Below are positions 1 to 8,023 of a DNA stretch of 64,000 nucleotides, piece by piece. The stretch is from Candidatus Palauibacter scopulicola. Lineage in GTDB: Bacteria > Gemmatimonadota > Gemmatimonadetes > Palauibacterales > Palauibacteraceae. The translations under genes were made by a program, and so were the position numbers. Each line of letters begins with the position of its first letter. The first letter of the stretch is position 1. The notes under the pieces were generated by a model. The model had not been told where the DNA came from. It searched no databases and saw only the letters and a program-made list of their open reading frames with translations. The stretch lies in the NCBI RefSeq assembly GCF_947581915.1, contig NZ_CANPWG010000014.1, positions 7,769-71,768 on the forward strand, given 5' to 3'.

Positions 1-956
1 AGCGCCTGCGGGTCCGCGCTCTCGTGCGCGACGATGAAGTCCTTCCCGCCCGTCTCCCCGACGAGTCTCGGATAGGCGCGGTAGTTCTCCACGTTCTGCG
101 CGACGGACTTCCAGAGGTGCTGGAAGGTGCCGGTCGAACCGGTGAAGTGGATGCCGCCGAGTTCCGGGCTCGAAAGGAGGACATCGCTGATCTCCGAGGC
201 GACGCCCGGGATGAAGTTGATCACGCCCGGCGGGAGTCCCGCCGCTTCGAGGAGCTTCATCACGTAGAAGGACCCGAGCACGCCGGTGGTCGAGGGCTTC
301 CAGACCGCGACGTTCCCCATGAGCGCGGGGGACGTCGTCAGGTTGGCCCCGATGGCCGTGAAGTTGAACGGGCTGATGGCGTAGACGAACCCCTCGAGCG
401 GGCGGTGGTCCATGCGGTTCCGAACGCCGGGCCCGGAGATCGGTTGCTCCGCGTGCACGCGCCCCGCGAAGAAGGAGTTGAAACGCCAGAAATCGACGAT
501 CTCGCACGCGGAGTCGATCTCGGCCTGGATCGCCGTCTTGCTCTGCCCGAGCATGGTCGCCGCGTTGAGCTTCATCCTCCAGGGACCCGCGAGGAGTTCG
601 GCGGCACGGAGGAGAATCTCCGCGCGGTCCTCCCAGGCCCGGTTCGACCATTCCCCCCAGGCCGCCCGCGACGCGGCGATGGCGGCCTGCGCCTCGGCGG
701 CCCCCGCGATGTGGCAGCGGGCCAGCACGTGGCCGTGGTCGTGCGGCATCGTCACGTCGAACGTCCGGGATGTCCGCACCTCGCGTCCGCCGATGATCAG
801 CGGGATCTCGACGACCTCGCCCCGCTGGCGGAGCAACTCTTCCTTGAGAGCGGCTCGTTCGGGGCTGCCCGGGGCATACTCGTTGACAGGTTCGTTGCCG
901 GGACGTGGGATTCCGGGATCCGCGCCCGGCTGAACCTCGTCGACAGGTGGTTTCAT
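1..956 (-). CDS. 1-pyrroline-5-carboxylate (L-glutamate gamma-semialdehyde) dehydrogenase, aldehyde dehydrogenase family; N-terminal 318 aa only, C-terminus runs off the window start
   Basis: My own reverse-strand translation from ATG at 954-956 gives MKPPVDEVQPG...VVEIPLIIGGREVRT...GFVYAISPFNFTAIG...VAVWKPS...FTGSTGTF, typical RocA/PruA-type P5CDH. It is absent from the ORF track because there is no stop inside the window. The + ORF 24..1349 is its antisense shadow. Confidence 0.8.
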   Translation of the reverse strand, partial: MKPPVDEVQPGADPGIPRPGNEPVNEYAPGSPERAALKEELLRQRGEVVEIPLIIGGREVRTSRTFDVTMPHDHGHVLARCHIAGAAEAQAAIAASRAAWGEWSNRAWEDRAEILLRAAELLAGPWRMKLNAATMLGQSKTAIQAEIDSACEIVDFWRFNSFFAGRVHAEQPISGPGVRNRMDHRPLEGFVYAISPFNFTAIGANLTTSPALMGNVAVWKPSTTGVLGSFYVMKLLEAAGLPPGVINFIPGVASEISDVLLSSPELGGIHFTGSTGTFQHLWKSVAQNVENYRAYPRLVGETGGKDFIVAHESADPQA

Positions 957-1107
957 GAAGGGATCCCCCTGGGTGAACATGTTTCGCGAAGGGAGGCGCA
1001 ATCTGGCGGCGCGGGAGTGAGATTGAAAGGTGCACGGTGCACTACGTATCGTGCAGTGGACGCGCGCCGGATTCGTTTGCTTGCCGACGGGGAAGAGCAC
1101 GGAAAAC

Positions 1108-2610
1108 ATGGCTTTTGTCAGGCACAGGCTCCCGGCCCGGCCGCGCCCGCGGCGGAAGGGCCGGCGGCGGTTCGGAGGACTCGCCCGGGCCGTCCTCGTC
1201 ACGCTCCTCGTCCTGTGTCCGGGTCCGGCCGCCGCCCAGGAGGGCGCGGGTTCGCTGCAGGCCCTCGAGGCTCGCCTCGGCCAGGCGCGCGAGAACGCGA
1301 TCCACCTGCTCGCCCCGTCTTCGTTCAGGGAGGCCGAGGATCGGCTTGAAGACGCGGCGCGCCGTCTGCGGGACGGACGGCGGGACGCCCGGTTCGAGGA
1401 ACTGCTGGGCGAAGCCGGGCGCTGGCTGGCCGCGGCGGAGGGAATCGCGGCCGCGGGCCGTCCGCACTTCCGGGAGGCGCTCGCGGCCCGGGACGAAGCC
1501 CGCGCTTCCGGAGCCGAGACGCGTGCGGTCGAAGGGTGGGGGAGGGCGGAGTCCGAACTGGAGACGGCCGGCCGCCGTCTCGAACGCGAGGACCTGGAAG
1601 ACGTCGCCGTGCGAACGGGCCGCGCGACCGTGCTCTACAGGCGGGCGACCCGGGCCGCGCGGCGCGACGAGTTTCTGGGAGCGGCGGTCCAGGCGCGAGC
1701 CGCCGCCATGAACGCGGGCGCGAGCGAGTTGGCCCCGAACGCGTTCGCGGCGGGTGAGGCGCACCTGGCGAGCGCGGAAGCGGAGATCGAGGACCTCGCG
1801 CCTGTGGAGGGGCCGGCGCGGGCCGGAGAAGCCGCGTTCGCCGCTTTCTCCCGGGCGCACCGCATCGCCGCCCTGTTCGACAGCGTGCGCCGGCGCCAGG
1901 TGACGGTCGAACGGCTGCTCGACGGGCATGAGGCGGATCTGGCCCGCCTCGCCGGCGCCGCGGAGGTGGAGCCCCTCCGGAGCGACGCCGGCGAAACGAC
2001 CGCGCGCATCGAGGGGGCCATCTCCCGCCTCCGGGCGGACAACGAGCGGCTGGGCGCCGAGTTGGCGGACGAACGCGCGCGGACGTCGGAACTCGGCAGC
2101 CGGCTGGCCTCGCTGGAGGACCGCCTGGCCGACTTCGAACGGCGGTTCACGGGAGCCCGGGACGAGTTGCTCGCGGTCCGCGAGCGGGAGGCGCGGCTGC
2201 GCGAAGTCCAGGGTCTCTTCACTCCGTCGGAAGGGGAGGTCCTGCTCACCGGGGACCGGCTCGTGCTCCGGCTGTTCGGCCTCACCTTCGAACCCGCGCA
2301 GGCCGAGATCGACGAGGCGCTGTACCCCCTGCTCACCAAGGTGCAGCGTGTGATCACGACCTTTCCGGGGGCCACCCTGCGGATCGAGGGGCATACCGAC
2401 GCGCAGGGCGGGACGCGCGGGAACCAGGCGCTGAGCCAGCAGCGGGCCATCGCCGTGCGCGAGCACCTGCTCGCCCGGGTGCCCATCCCGTCCTCCCGGG
2501 TGGAGGCCACCGGCCTCGGCGAGGAACGCCCGATCGCGAGCAACGAGACGGAGGAGGGACGCGCGCGGAACCGCCGGATCGAGATCGTCCTCACCCTGCC
2601 CGGGAACTGA
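1108..2610 (+). CDS. OmpA-family protein: signal peptide, long Ala/Arg/Glu-rich coiled-coil region, C-terminal OmpA-like peptidoglycan-binding domain
   Basis: Part of ORF 1030..2610. The C-terminus (LRIEGHTDAQGGTRGNQALSQQRAIAVREHL...RNRRIEIVL) is the OmpA_C signature. A hydrophobic stretch RAVLVTLLVLCPGPAAAQ follows the ATG at 1108. Confidence 0.7.
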   Translation: MAFVRHRLPARPRPRRKGRRRFGGLARAVLVTLLVLCPGPAAAQEGAGSLQALEARLGQARENAIHLLAPSSFREAEDRLEDAARRLRDGRRDARFEELLGEAGRWLAAAEGIAAAGRPHFREALAARDEARASGAETRAVEGWGRAESELETAGRRLEREDLEDVAVRTGRATVLYRRATRAARRDEFLGAAVQARAAAMNAGASELAPNAFAAGEAHLASAEAEIEDLAPVEGPARAGEAAFAAFSRAHRIAALFDSVRRRQVTVERLLDGHEADLARLAGAAEVEPLRSDAGETTARIEGAISRLRADNERLGAELADERARTSELGSRLASLEDRLADFERRFTGARDELLAVREREARLREVQGLFTPSEGEVLLTGDRLVLRLFGLTFEPAQAEIDEALYPLLTKVQRVITTFPGATLRIEGHTDAQGGTRGNQALSQQRAIAVREHLLARVPIPSSRVEATGLGEERPIASNETEEGRARNRRIEIVLTLPGN

Positions 2611-2637
2611 CAAGAGCCCCGGCGAGGCGACACGACC

Positions 2638-2856
2638 CTAGTCCCGGAGGCGCTCCGCCTGCACCGCGGCGATCACGCCCCACACCGCCGCTCCCACCGC
2701 GAGGCCGGTCCCGATCCAGCGGCCGACCTCCGCCCAGCGGCCGGGCCGTCCGCTCCGCCAGGGTCGGGTGATCTCGCTCCGCCAGTACTCCACCTCGTCG
2801 GTGACGATCTCCCGGGCCACTTCCGCCACCGGTCCGGCCAGCCGCCGGGCATCCAT
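2638..2856 (-). CDS. small tail-anchored membrane protein (72 aa), hypothetical
   Basis: Very high GC3. Starts 4 nt after the stop of the upstream SDR gene on the same strand. Has a C-terminal TM helix (GTGLAVGAAVWGVIAAV). Confidence 0.45.
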   Translation of the reverse strand: MDARRLAGPVAEVAREIVTDEVEYWRSEITRPWRSGRPGRWAEVGRWIGTGLAVGAAVWGVIAAVQAERLRD

Positions 2857-2860
2857 GCGC

Positions 2861-3670
2861 TCAGTCCCCCGGTGGCCTGGAGCCGACGAAGTCCTCGCCT
2901 CCGTCCACGCGGATCGTGTTTCCCGTCATCCATCCCGTTTCGGGCGCGGCGAGCGCGACCATGCACCGGGCCACGTCTTCCGGGGTTCCGAGTCGCCCGT
3001 GGGGGTTCTGGGCCGCGGCTTCGGCGATCATGTGTTCCGCGCCGGGAATCTTGCGAAGCGCGGGCGTATCGGTCACGCCGGCGCGGATCGAGTTGACGGT
3101 GATGCCCTTCGTCGCGAGTTCGAGCGCGAGTTGGCGGCAGTGCGATTCGAGCGCCGCCTTGGCCGCGGAGACGGCGCCGTAGGAGGGGATCACGCGGTCG
3201 CCGCCGGAGGAGGTCATGGCGAAGATCCGGCCGCCTTCGCCCAGCAGCCCGCGCTCGAGCAGCCCCTGGGTCCAGTAGACCAGCGTGTGGGCCATGACGT
3301 CCAGCGTCATGTTCATCTGCTCGGGGCTCATCCCGGGCGCATCGTCCGGCACGTAGGGGCGCAGGGTTCCGAAGGCCAGGGAGTGCATCAGCACGCGGAC
3401 GGATCCCGGCCCGGCGCCTGCGGCGATTTCGTCCAGCACCCGGTCGCGCTTCTTCGCCGAAGCCGCGTTCACGTTGAAGAACATCGCGCGCCGTCCGCGC
3501 GACTCGATCAGCGCCCGAATCTCTCCGACGTGGGCGAGCCCCGCTCTCCGGTCCAGGTGTACCCCGTAGATGTCGTAACCGGCTTCGGCGAACGCGAGTG
3601 CCGCCGCTTCGCCAAAGCCGCTCGAGGCTCCGAGAATCAACGCGCCAGGCGCAGAATCCGTCACTCGCAC
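2861..3670 (-). CDS. SDR-family enoyl-ACP reductase-like (FabL/FabI-like) oxidoreductase
   Basis: N-terminal Rossmann ILGASSGFGEAAALAFAEAGYDIY, catalytic Y-x7-K (SYGAVSAAKAALES), HSLAFGTLRP substrate loop. Architecture parallels B. subtilis FabL. Confidence 0.7.
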   Translation of the reverse strand: MRVTDSAPGALILGASSGFGEAAALAFAEAGYDIYGVHLDRRAGLAHVGEIRALIESRGRRAMFFNVNAASAKKRDRVLDEIAAGAGPGSVRVLMHSLAFGTLRPYVPDDAPGMSPEQMNMTLDVMAHTLVYWTQGLLERGLLGEGGRIFAMTSSGGDRVIPSYGAVSAAKAALESHCRQLALELATKGITVNSIRAGVTDTPALRKIPGAEHMIAEAAAQNPHGRLGTPEDVARCMVALAAPETGWMTGNTIRVDGGEDFVGSRPPGD

Positions 3671-4290
3671 CCCTCCGTTCGTCGTCCGCTAAAGGGCCAT
3701 CCCCCGGTCTCGGCCACCCCGCGCGAGCCGGAGCGCACAGCATAGCCGCCCGCCCCCCCGGCTGCACGGTCCGGCGCCCTCCAGCCGCGGGCGCAAAAAC
3801 CCGGCGTCGACGCCGCTCGAACGCCGACGCAGCGGGGCTTCCCACCGCTGCCGGACCCCCAACGGCGACGCATCCGGCGAGCGGGCCGCGGATCGGCGGC
3901 AATCCATATTTTTTGAAAAAAATCATGCACGCCCCGGTCCTTTCGAGTCGCCGTCACAGCTCGTTCATCGCCGCGTGTGACATGCATGAACGCTGCATGC
4001 GAGCGCTGCCGCCACGCCGTGGACCAGCGGCACAATCCACACATGATCGGGAGTTTTGGACGATCATTCAACAGTCACGTAACGTACTGTTTCACAAATC
4101 ATTACGACGTAGCTGCACGACCCCCCCAATACCCGGGGGGATGGATCGTCCGCTTGCAGGCGCGGGAACGTCGATCCTATCCTCAAGGCGCGATGGGAAA
4201 TGCACGGCCCCTGATTGCCGCGGACCTCCGGGATCCGTTCGGATACAGAGAGCGAAACCCTCGAATTTTCTTGCGAGTGTGCCCCTGACA

Positions 4291-4473
4291 ATGATGGCAT
4301 CATCCGACTGTAGCCTCGTCAACGTCGTCGTGGATCTCCCCAAGGAGCTTGCCGCGGATGTGGAGGCCGTGCGCCAGCGAGATCCCGAGTTCCTCGAGCG
4401 TGCCATTCAGTATGTGCTGGCCCGCCGCATCATCTTCGAAGAACTCAAGCCCCCCGCCTCGAGACACCGCTGA
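4291..4473 (+). CDS. small protein (60 aa); I predict a ribbon-helix-helix-like fold (beta strand then two helices); hypothetical
   Basis: C-terminal part of ORF 3598..4473; the upstream part of that ORF is low-GC non-coding. High GC3 from ATGATGGCA at 4291. The pattern LVNVVVDLPKEL / AADVEAVRQRDPEFLERAIQYVLARR fits a strand-helix-helix. Confidence 0.45.
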   Translation: MMASSDCSLVNVVVDLPKELAADVEAVRQRDPEFLERAIQYVLARRIIFEELKPPASRHR

Positions 4474-4608
4474 AGGAGAAGGCCGGCGAGCCCGCGTCGG
4501 CGAAGATTTCTTTGTGGATCGCGGTTCCGGCCGCGACTCGCCAACCGTTGACGCCCGTCCCCCCCGGGGCTACATCGCGCAGGGAGTGGTGAGCGGGGAG
4601 GTGAGGGG

Positions 4609-5010
4609 TTGGCCAGCGATTGCGAGCCGAGTATAGCCGTGTCCTCCGATACGGAGCGTCCAGCGCCCGGTCGGGATGCCGAGAGGGGATCGGAGTCCGA
4701 CGAAGCCGTACTGCGGGCCAAATACGCCGACTACTGCTCGGCTCAACTCACCGAAGTATTCCTCTCCCTGTCCGAAGAGCGCATCTACGAGATCGTGGAA
4801 GAGGAAGCCCGCGCGCAGGAGTTCGGCCAGGAGCGCCTGGGGTTTCAGACGATGGTCCGACTCGCGACCAAGCGACTCCGGGAGAGCGTGCCGCTGCCCG
4901 ATTTCGAGACGTGGCGCCGCGACTACGAAGCTGCCCCTGAAGAGTATGAAGCATACCTGATGGGCCTGTGGCGGCAGCGTTCGGAGGAGGAGGCCCCGGA
5001 GACCGATTGA
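4609..5010 (+). CDS. hypothetical acidic protein (about 130 aa)
   Basis: ORF with high GC3 and no recognisable family. The start may be an internal GTG. Same strand as, and between, the small RHH-like gene and the GT-C gene. Confidence 0.45.
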   Translation: MASDCEPSIAVSSDTERPAPGRDAERGSESDEAVLRAKYADYCSAQLTEVFLSLSEERIYEIVEEEARAQEFGQERLGFQTMVRLATKRLRESVPLPDFETWRRDYEAAPEEYEAYLMGLWRQRSEEEAPETD

Positions 5011-5033
5011 GTCGCGGTGGAATCGGAGGGGGG

Positions 5034-5345
5034 ATGCCTGAAGACCAGCACGACGGAGCCGACAGCGCCGAGGAAGGACGCCCCCAACTGCGGATGTGGG
5101 ACGAAGCGGGCCAGGAGACCGCCATCGGCAGCCTCGACGACGGGGAACGCCGGTGGAAGATCCTCGTCATCGCCGAACCGGTCGCCGAAGACCTCGTCCG
5201 GGGCTGGCTCTCCTTTCGACTCGACGACGAGCGGTACGACACGGCTCCGGTGATCATGGAGGAAACCGTGGCGCGCGTCGTCGAGCGGGCCGTTGAACTC
5301 CCCGAACCCATGCTGCGACAACTCTTCAGTTCGGCTCGGCGGTGA
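5034..5345 (+). CDS. hypothetical protein (103 aa)
   Basis: Start chosen at MPEDQ (5034) to avoid overlapping the previous gene. The stop overlaps the start of the next gene at 5342 (ATGA-style coupling). Confidence 0.45.
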   Translation: MPEDQHDGADSAEEGRPQLRMWDEAGQETAIGSLDDGERRWKILVIAEPVAEDLVRGWLSFRLDDERYDTAPVIMEETVARVVERAVELPEPMLRQLFSSARR

Positions 5346-6691
5346 CGTCGGCGGGGTCACCCGCTGACACAGGCGCAGGCCGGCCAGGCTGGCTGTGGCT
5401 CCTCGTGGCCGTCGAGGCGGCCGCGCTCTGGGGTATGGCCTGGGGTGGATCGGGCACGCCGTGGCCGGCGATGCCGCTGTGGGTCGCGGCGTTCGCGGCC
5501 TACCTGGGTGCGGCCCGCTACGCCGCCGCGCCGCACCGGGCGGGTTCGATCCGCCGGCACGTGTGGACCGCCGGGATCGTCCTCCGGGTGGGCGTCTTCC
5601 CCGCGGCGCCCGCCCTTTCCGAGGACATCTACCGGTACATCTGGGACGGCTGGGTTCAGGCCAACGGCGTGAACCCCTACGCCCATCCCCCCTCGGCGTC
5701 GGCGCTCGAGGAGCTGCGCACCGCGTGGTGGCCGCTCATCAATCACGCGGACGTCTCGACGATCTATCCGCCGGGGGCGCAGATCGTCTTCGCGCTCCTG
5801 GCCTCGGCCGGCCCCGCGTGGTGGATCTTCAAGCTGGGGTGGCTCGCGGCCGACCTGCTGGTTGCGCGGCTCATCGACCGGCTGTCATCCGGCCGCGGCG
5901 CGCTTCCGCTGCTGCTCTATCTCTGGTCTCCGCTCGTCGTCGTCGAAGTCGCCTGGAGCGGGCACCTGGATCCGCTCGGGGTCGCGCCCATGCTGGGCGC
6001 CGTGGCGCTGGCCGGCAGCGCGGCGGTCCCGGCCTGGCGCTCGGGCGCCCTGCTGGGCCTCGGCGCCGCGGTGAAGTTCGCCCCCCTCGCCGCGCTCCCG
6101 GCTCTCTTCCGGCTGCGCGGCCCCGGGGCGCTCGCCGCCGCCGTCCTCGTGCCCCTCCTTCTCTATCTGCCCTACGTCGGCGCGGGGCCGGCCCTCTTCG
6201 ACGGTCTGCGGACGTACGCGGACGTCTGGGCGTTCAACGGCGGCCTCTACCGGGCCCTCGAACGGCTGCCGGGGCACCCCGACCTCGCGAAGTGGATCGG
6301 CGCGTCGGTCGTCGGCGCCATCGCCCTGCGCGCCGCGCTCCGCCGCTGGCCGCTGGAACGCGCCCTCCTGTGGACGGTCGGAGCCGCGCTCCTCCTCTCT
6401 CCGACCCTCCATCCGTGGTATCTGCTGTGGGTGCTCCCCTTCGCCTGTCTCTCGGCGAATCGGGGCTGGCTCCTGTTCAGCGGGACCGTGTTCCTCGCGT
6501 ACGCCGGGAGGGACGCCTACCTCGCCACGGGGGCGTGGCCGGAACCCGCCTGGCTGACGTGGCTGATCCACGGGACGCCGTTGGCCCTCCTAGCGTGGGA
6601 TGGCTGGCGCGGGCGGGGCTCTCAGGGACTCGCGCGCCGTGAGGGCGTAGCCCGCGGCGAAGAGGGCCGTGAAGGGCAGCACGGCGGGTGA
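5342..6691 (+). CDS. GT-C fold integral-membrane glycosyltransferase (DUF2029 / GT87-like mannosyltransferase family)
   Basis: At least 10 predicted TM helices. Conserved acidic motif SEDIYRYIWDG in the first loop, typical of polyprenyl-phosphate-sugar dependent GT-C enzymes. Translationally coupled to the upstream small ORF. Confidence 0.65.
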   Translation: MTSAGSPADTGAGRPGWLWLLVAVEAAALWGMAWGGSGTPWPAMPLWVAAFAAYLGAARYAAAPHRAGSIRRHVWTAGIVLRVGVFPAAPALSEDIYRYIWDGWVQANGVNPYAHPPSASALEELRTAWWPLINHADVSTIYPPGAQIVFALLASAGPAWWIFKLGWLAADLLVARLIDRLSSGRGALPLLLYLWSPLVVVEVAWSGHLDPLGVAPMLGAVALAGSAAVPAWRSGALLGLGAAVKFAPLAALPALFRLRGPGALAAAVLVPLLLYLPYVGAGPALFDGLRTYADVWAFNGGLYRALERLPGHPDLAKWIGASVVGAIALRAALRRWPLERALLWTVGAALLLSPTLHPWYLLWVLPFACLSANRGWLLFSGTVFLAYAGRDAYLATGAWPEPAWLTWLIHGTPLALLAWDGWRGRGSQGLARREGVARGEEGREGQHGG

Positions 6692-8023
6692 CCCGGCGAG
6701 CGCCGTGTTCACGACGGCGCCGGCGAGCGCCGCGGCGAGCGTCAGGCGCAGGAGCGCGGGCCCGCTCGAGAGCCGGACCCGATACGCCACGACGGGCTGG
6801 AAGCCGCGCTTCGGCGTGCGGACGAAGGGGGTGCGGGTTCCGCGGCAGGCCCGCGCGACGGCGAAGGTGAGCGGCACGCCGAGCCCCAGCCCGAGGAGCA
6901 GCGCTTCGGAGATGCGGCGCCCGAGGCGTCCGCGCCCGCGGATCCACCCGGCGGATCCGTAGAAGAGCACGAACGGGACGGTGGCGAGGAGCACGGCGGC
7001 CACATGGACGGCGGCCGGGAGGCCGAAGCCGGTCGCGGACGCCCACCCGGCCCCCGCGAGCGCCGCCGCCATCGTGAGCGTCAGCGGATGGACGACGTGT
7101 CCCACGAGATGGGCCGTCGCCTCGAACTTGATCGCCGCCGGCACGGGGGCGCGCCAGATCCGCGGCAGCAGCTTCCGTGCGCTCTGGATGCCGCCCTGCG
7201 TCCACCGGCTCTGCTGGATCTCCACCGCGCGCAGATTCGCCGGCAGCTCGGCGGGGACCCGGACGTCGTCCCGGTACACGAAACGCCAGCCCGCGAGCTG
7301 GGCGCGGTAGCTGAGATCGACGTCCTCGGTCAGGGTGTCGCTCTGCCACCCCCCCGCCGCCCGCACACACGCCTTGCGCCACATTCCGCCGGAGCCGTTG
7401 AAGTTGAAGAAGAGGCCGGCCCGGTATCGCGCTTCGTGCTCGATCGCGAAGTGCGCGTCGAGGAAGAGGGCCTGGGCTCGCGTCAGCCAGCTCGCGTCGG
7501 GCGAGAGGTGGTCCCAGGCCGCCTGCACCGCCCCCACGCCCGGGTCCGCGAAGGGGGGGAGCAACTCCCGGATCAACTCCGGGGGCGGAACGAAATCCGC
7601 GTCGAGTACGAGCAGGAAGTCGCCGCGGGCGAGGGATACGCCGTGGGCGAGCGCGCCGGCCTTGAACCCCTCGCGGGATCCCCGCCGCACGTGCCGGATG
7701 TCGATCCCGCGCGCCCGCCACTCGCGCACCCGCCTCGCCGCGATCGCCACCGTCTCGTCGTCCGAGTCGTCGAGCAGTTGGATTTCGAGGCGGTCCGCGG
7801 GATAGCGCAGGCGGCAGGCCGCGTCGATGAGCCGTTCGACGACGTTCGCTTCGTTGAAGACCGGTAGCTGTACCGTGACGACCGGGAGCGGGCCGGGCCA
7901 GGTGCGCGCCTCCACCCGGGCGGGCCGGCGCATCCGCAACCACAGCAGGCGCAGCCGGTGCGCCCCGAAGGGGGCGAGGAGGGCGAGAAGCGCCAGGTAC
8001 GCCAGCGGTCCGATTTCGCTCAT
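6590..8023 (-). CDS. GT2-family processive beta-glycosyltransferase (NodC/HasA/IcaA/PgaC-like synthase)
   Basis: All the synthase signatures are present: D,D (LLDDSDDETV), DxD (LVLDADF), TED (TEDVDLSYR) and QxxRW (QQSRWTQG). One N-terminal and several C-terminal TM helices. The start overlaps the stop of the upstream amidohydrolase gene by 4 nt. Confidence 0.8.
   Translation of the reverse strand: MSEIGPLAYLALLALLAPFGAHRLRLLWLRMRRPARVEARTWPGPLPVVTVQLPVFNEANVVERLIDAACRLRYPADRLEIQLLDDSDDETVAIAARRVREWRARGIDIRHVRRGSREGFKAGALAHGVSLARGDFLLVLDADFVPPPELIRELLPPFADPGVGAVQAAWDHLSPDASWLTRAQALFLDAHFAIEHEARYRAGLFFNFNGSGGMWRKACVRAAGGWQSDTLTEDVDLSYRAQLAGWRFVYRDDVRVPAELPANLRAVEIQQSRWTQGGIQSARKLLPRIWRAPVPAAIKFEATAHLVGHVVHPLTLTMAAALAGAGWASATGFGLPAAVHVAAVLLATVPFVLFYGSAGWIRGRGRLGRRISEALLLGLGLGVPLTFAVARACRGTRTPFVRTPKRGFQPVVAYRVRLSSGPALLRLTLAAALAGAVVNTALAGSPAVLPFTALFAAGYALTARESLRAPPAPAIPR

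Noticed and set aside
24-1349. 441-aa + strand ORF (and the nested 412..933 ORF)
   Set aside because: Arg/Asp/Gly-rich, low-complexity translation. It lies exactly antisense to the well-conserved P5C dehydrogenase gene, so it is a typical high-GC antisense shadow.
1042-2633. 523-aa and 332-aa minus-strand ORFs opposite the OmpA-family gene
   Set aside because: Antisense to a gene with a clear OmpA_C domain. The translations are Arg/Pro/Ser-rich with no domain signal.
3598-4473. 291-aa + ORF spanning the low-GC island
   Set aside because: Only the last 60 codons (from 4291) have coding-like GC3. The upstream part is low-GC and AT-tract-containing with an implausible Arg/Ser-rich translation.
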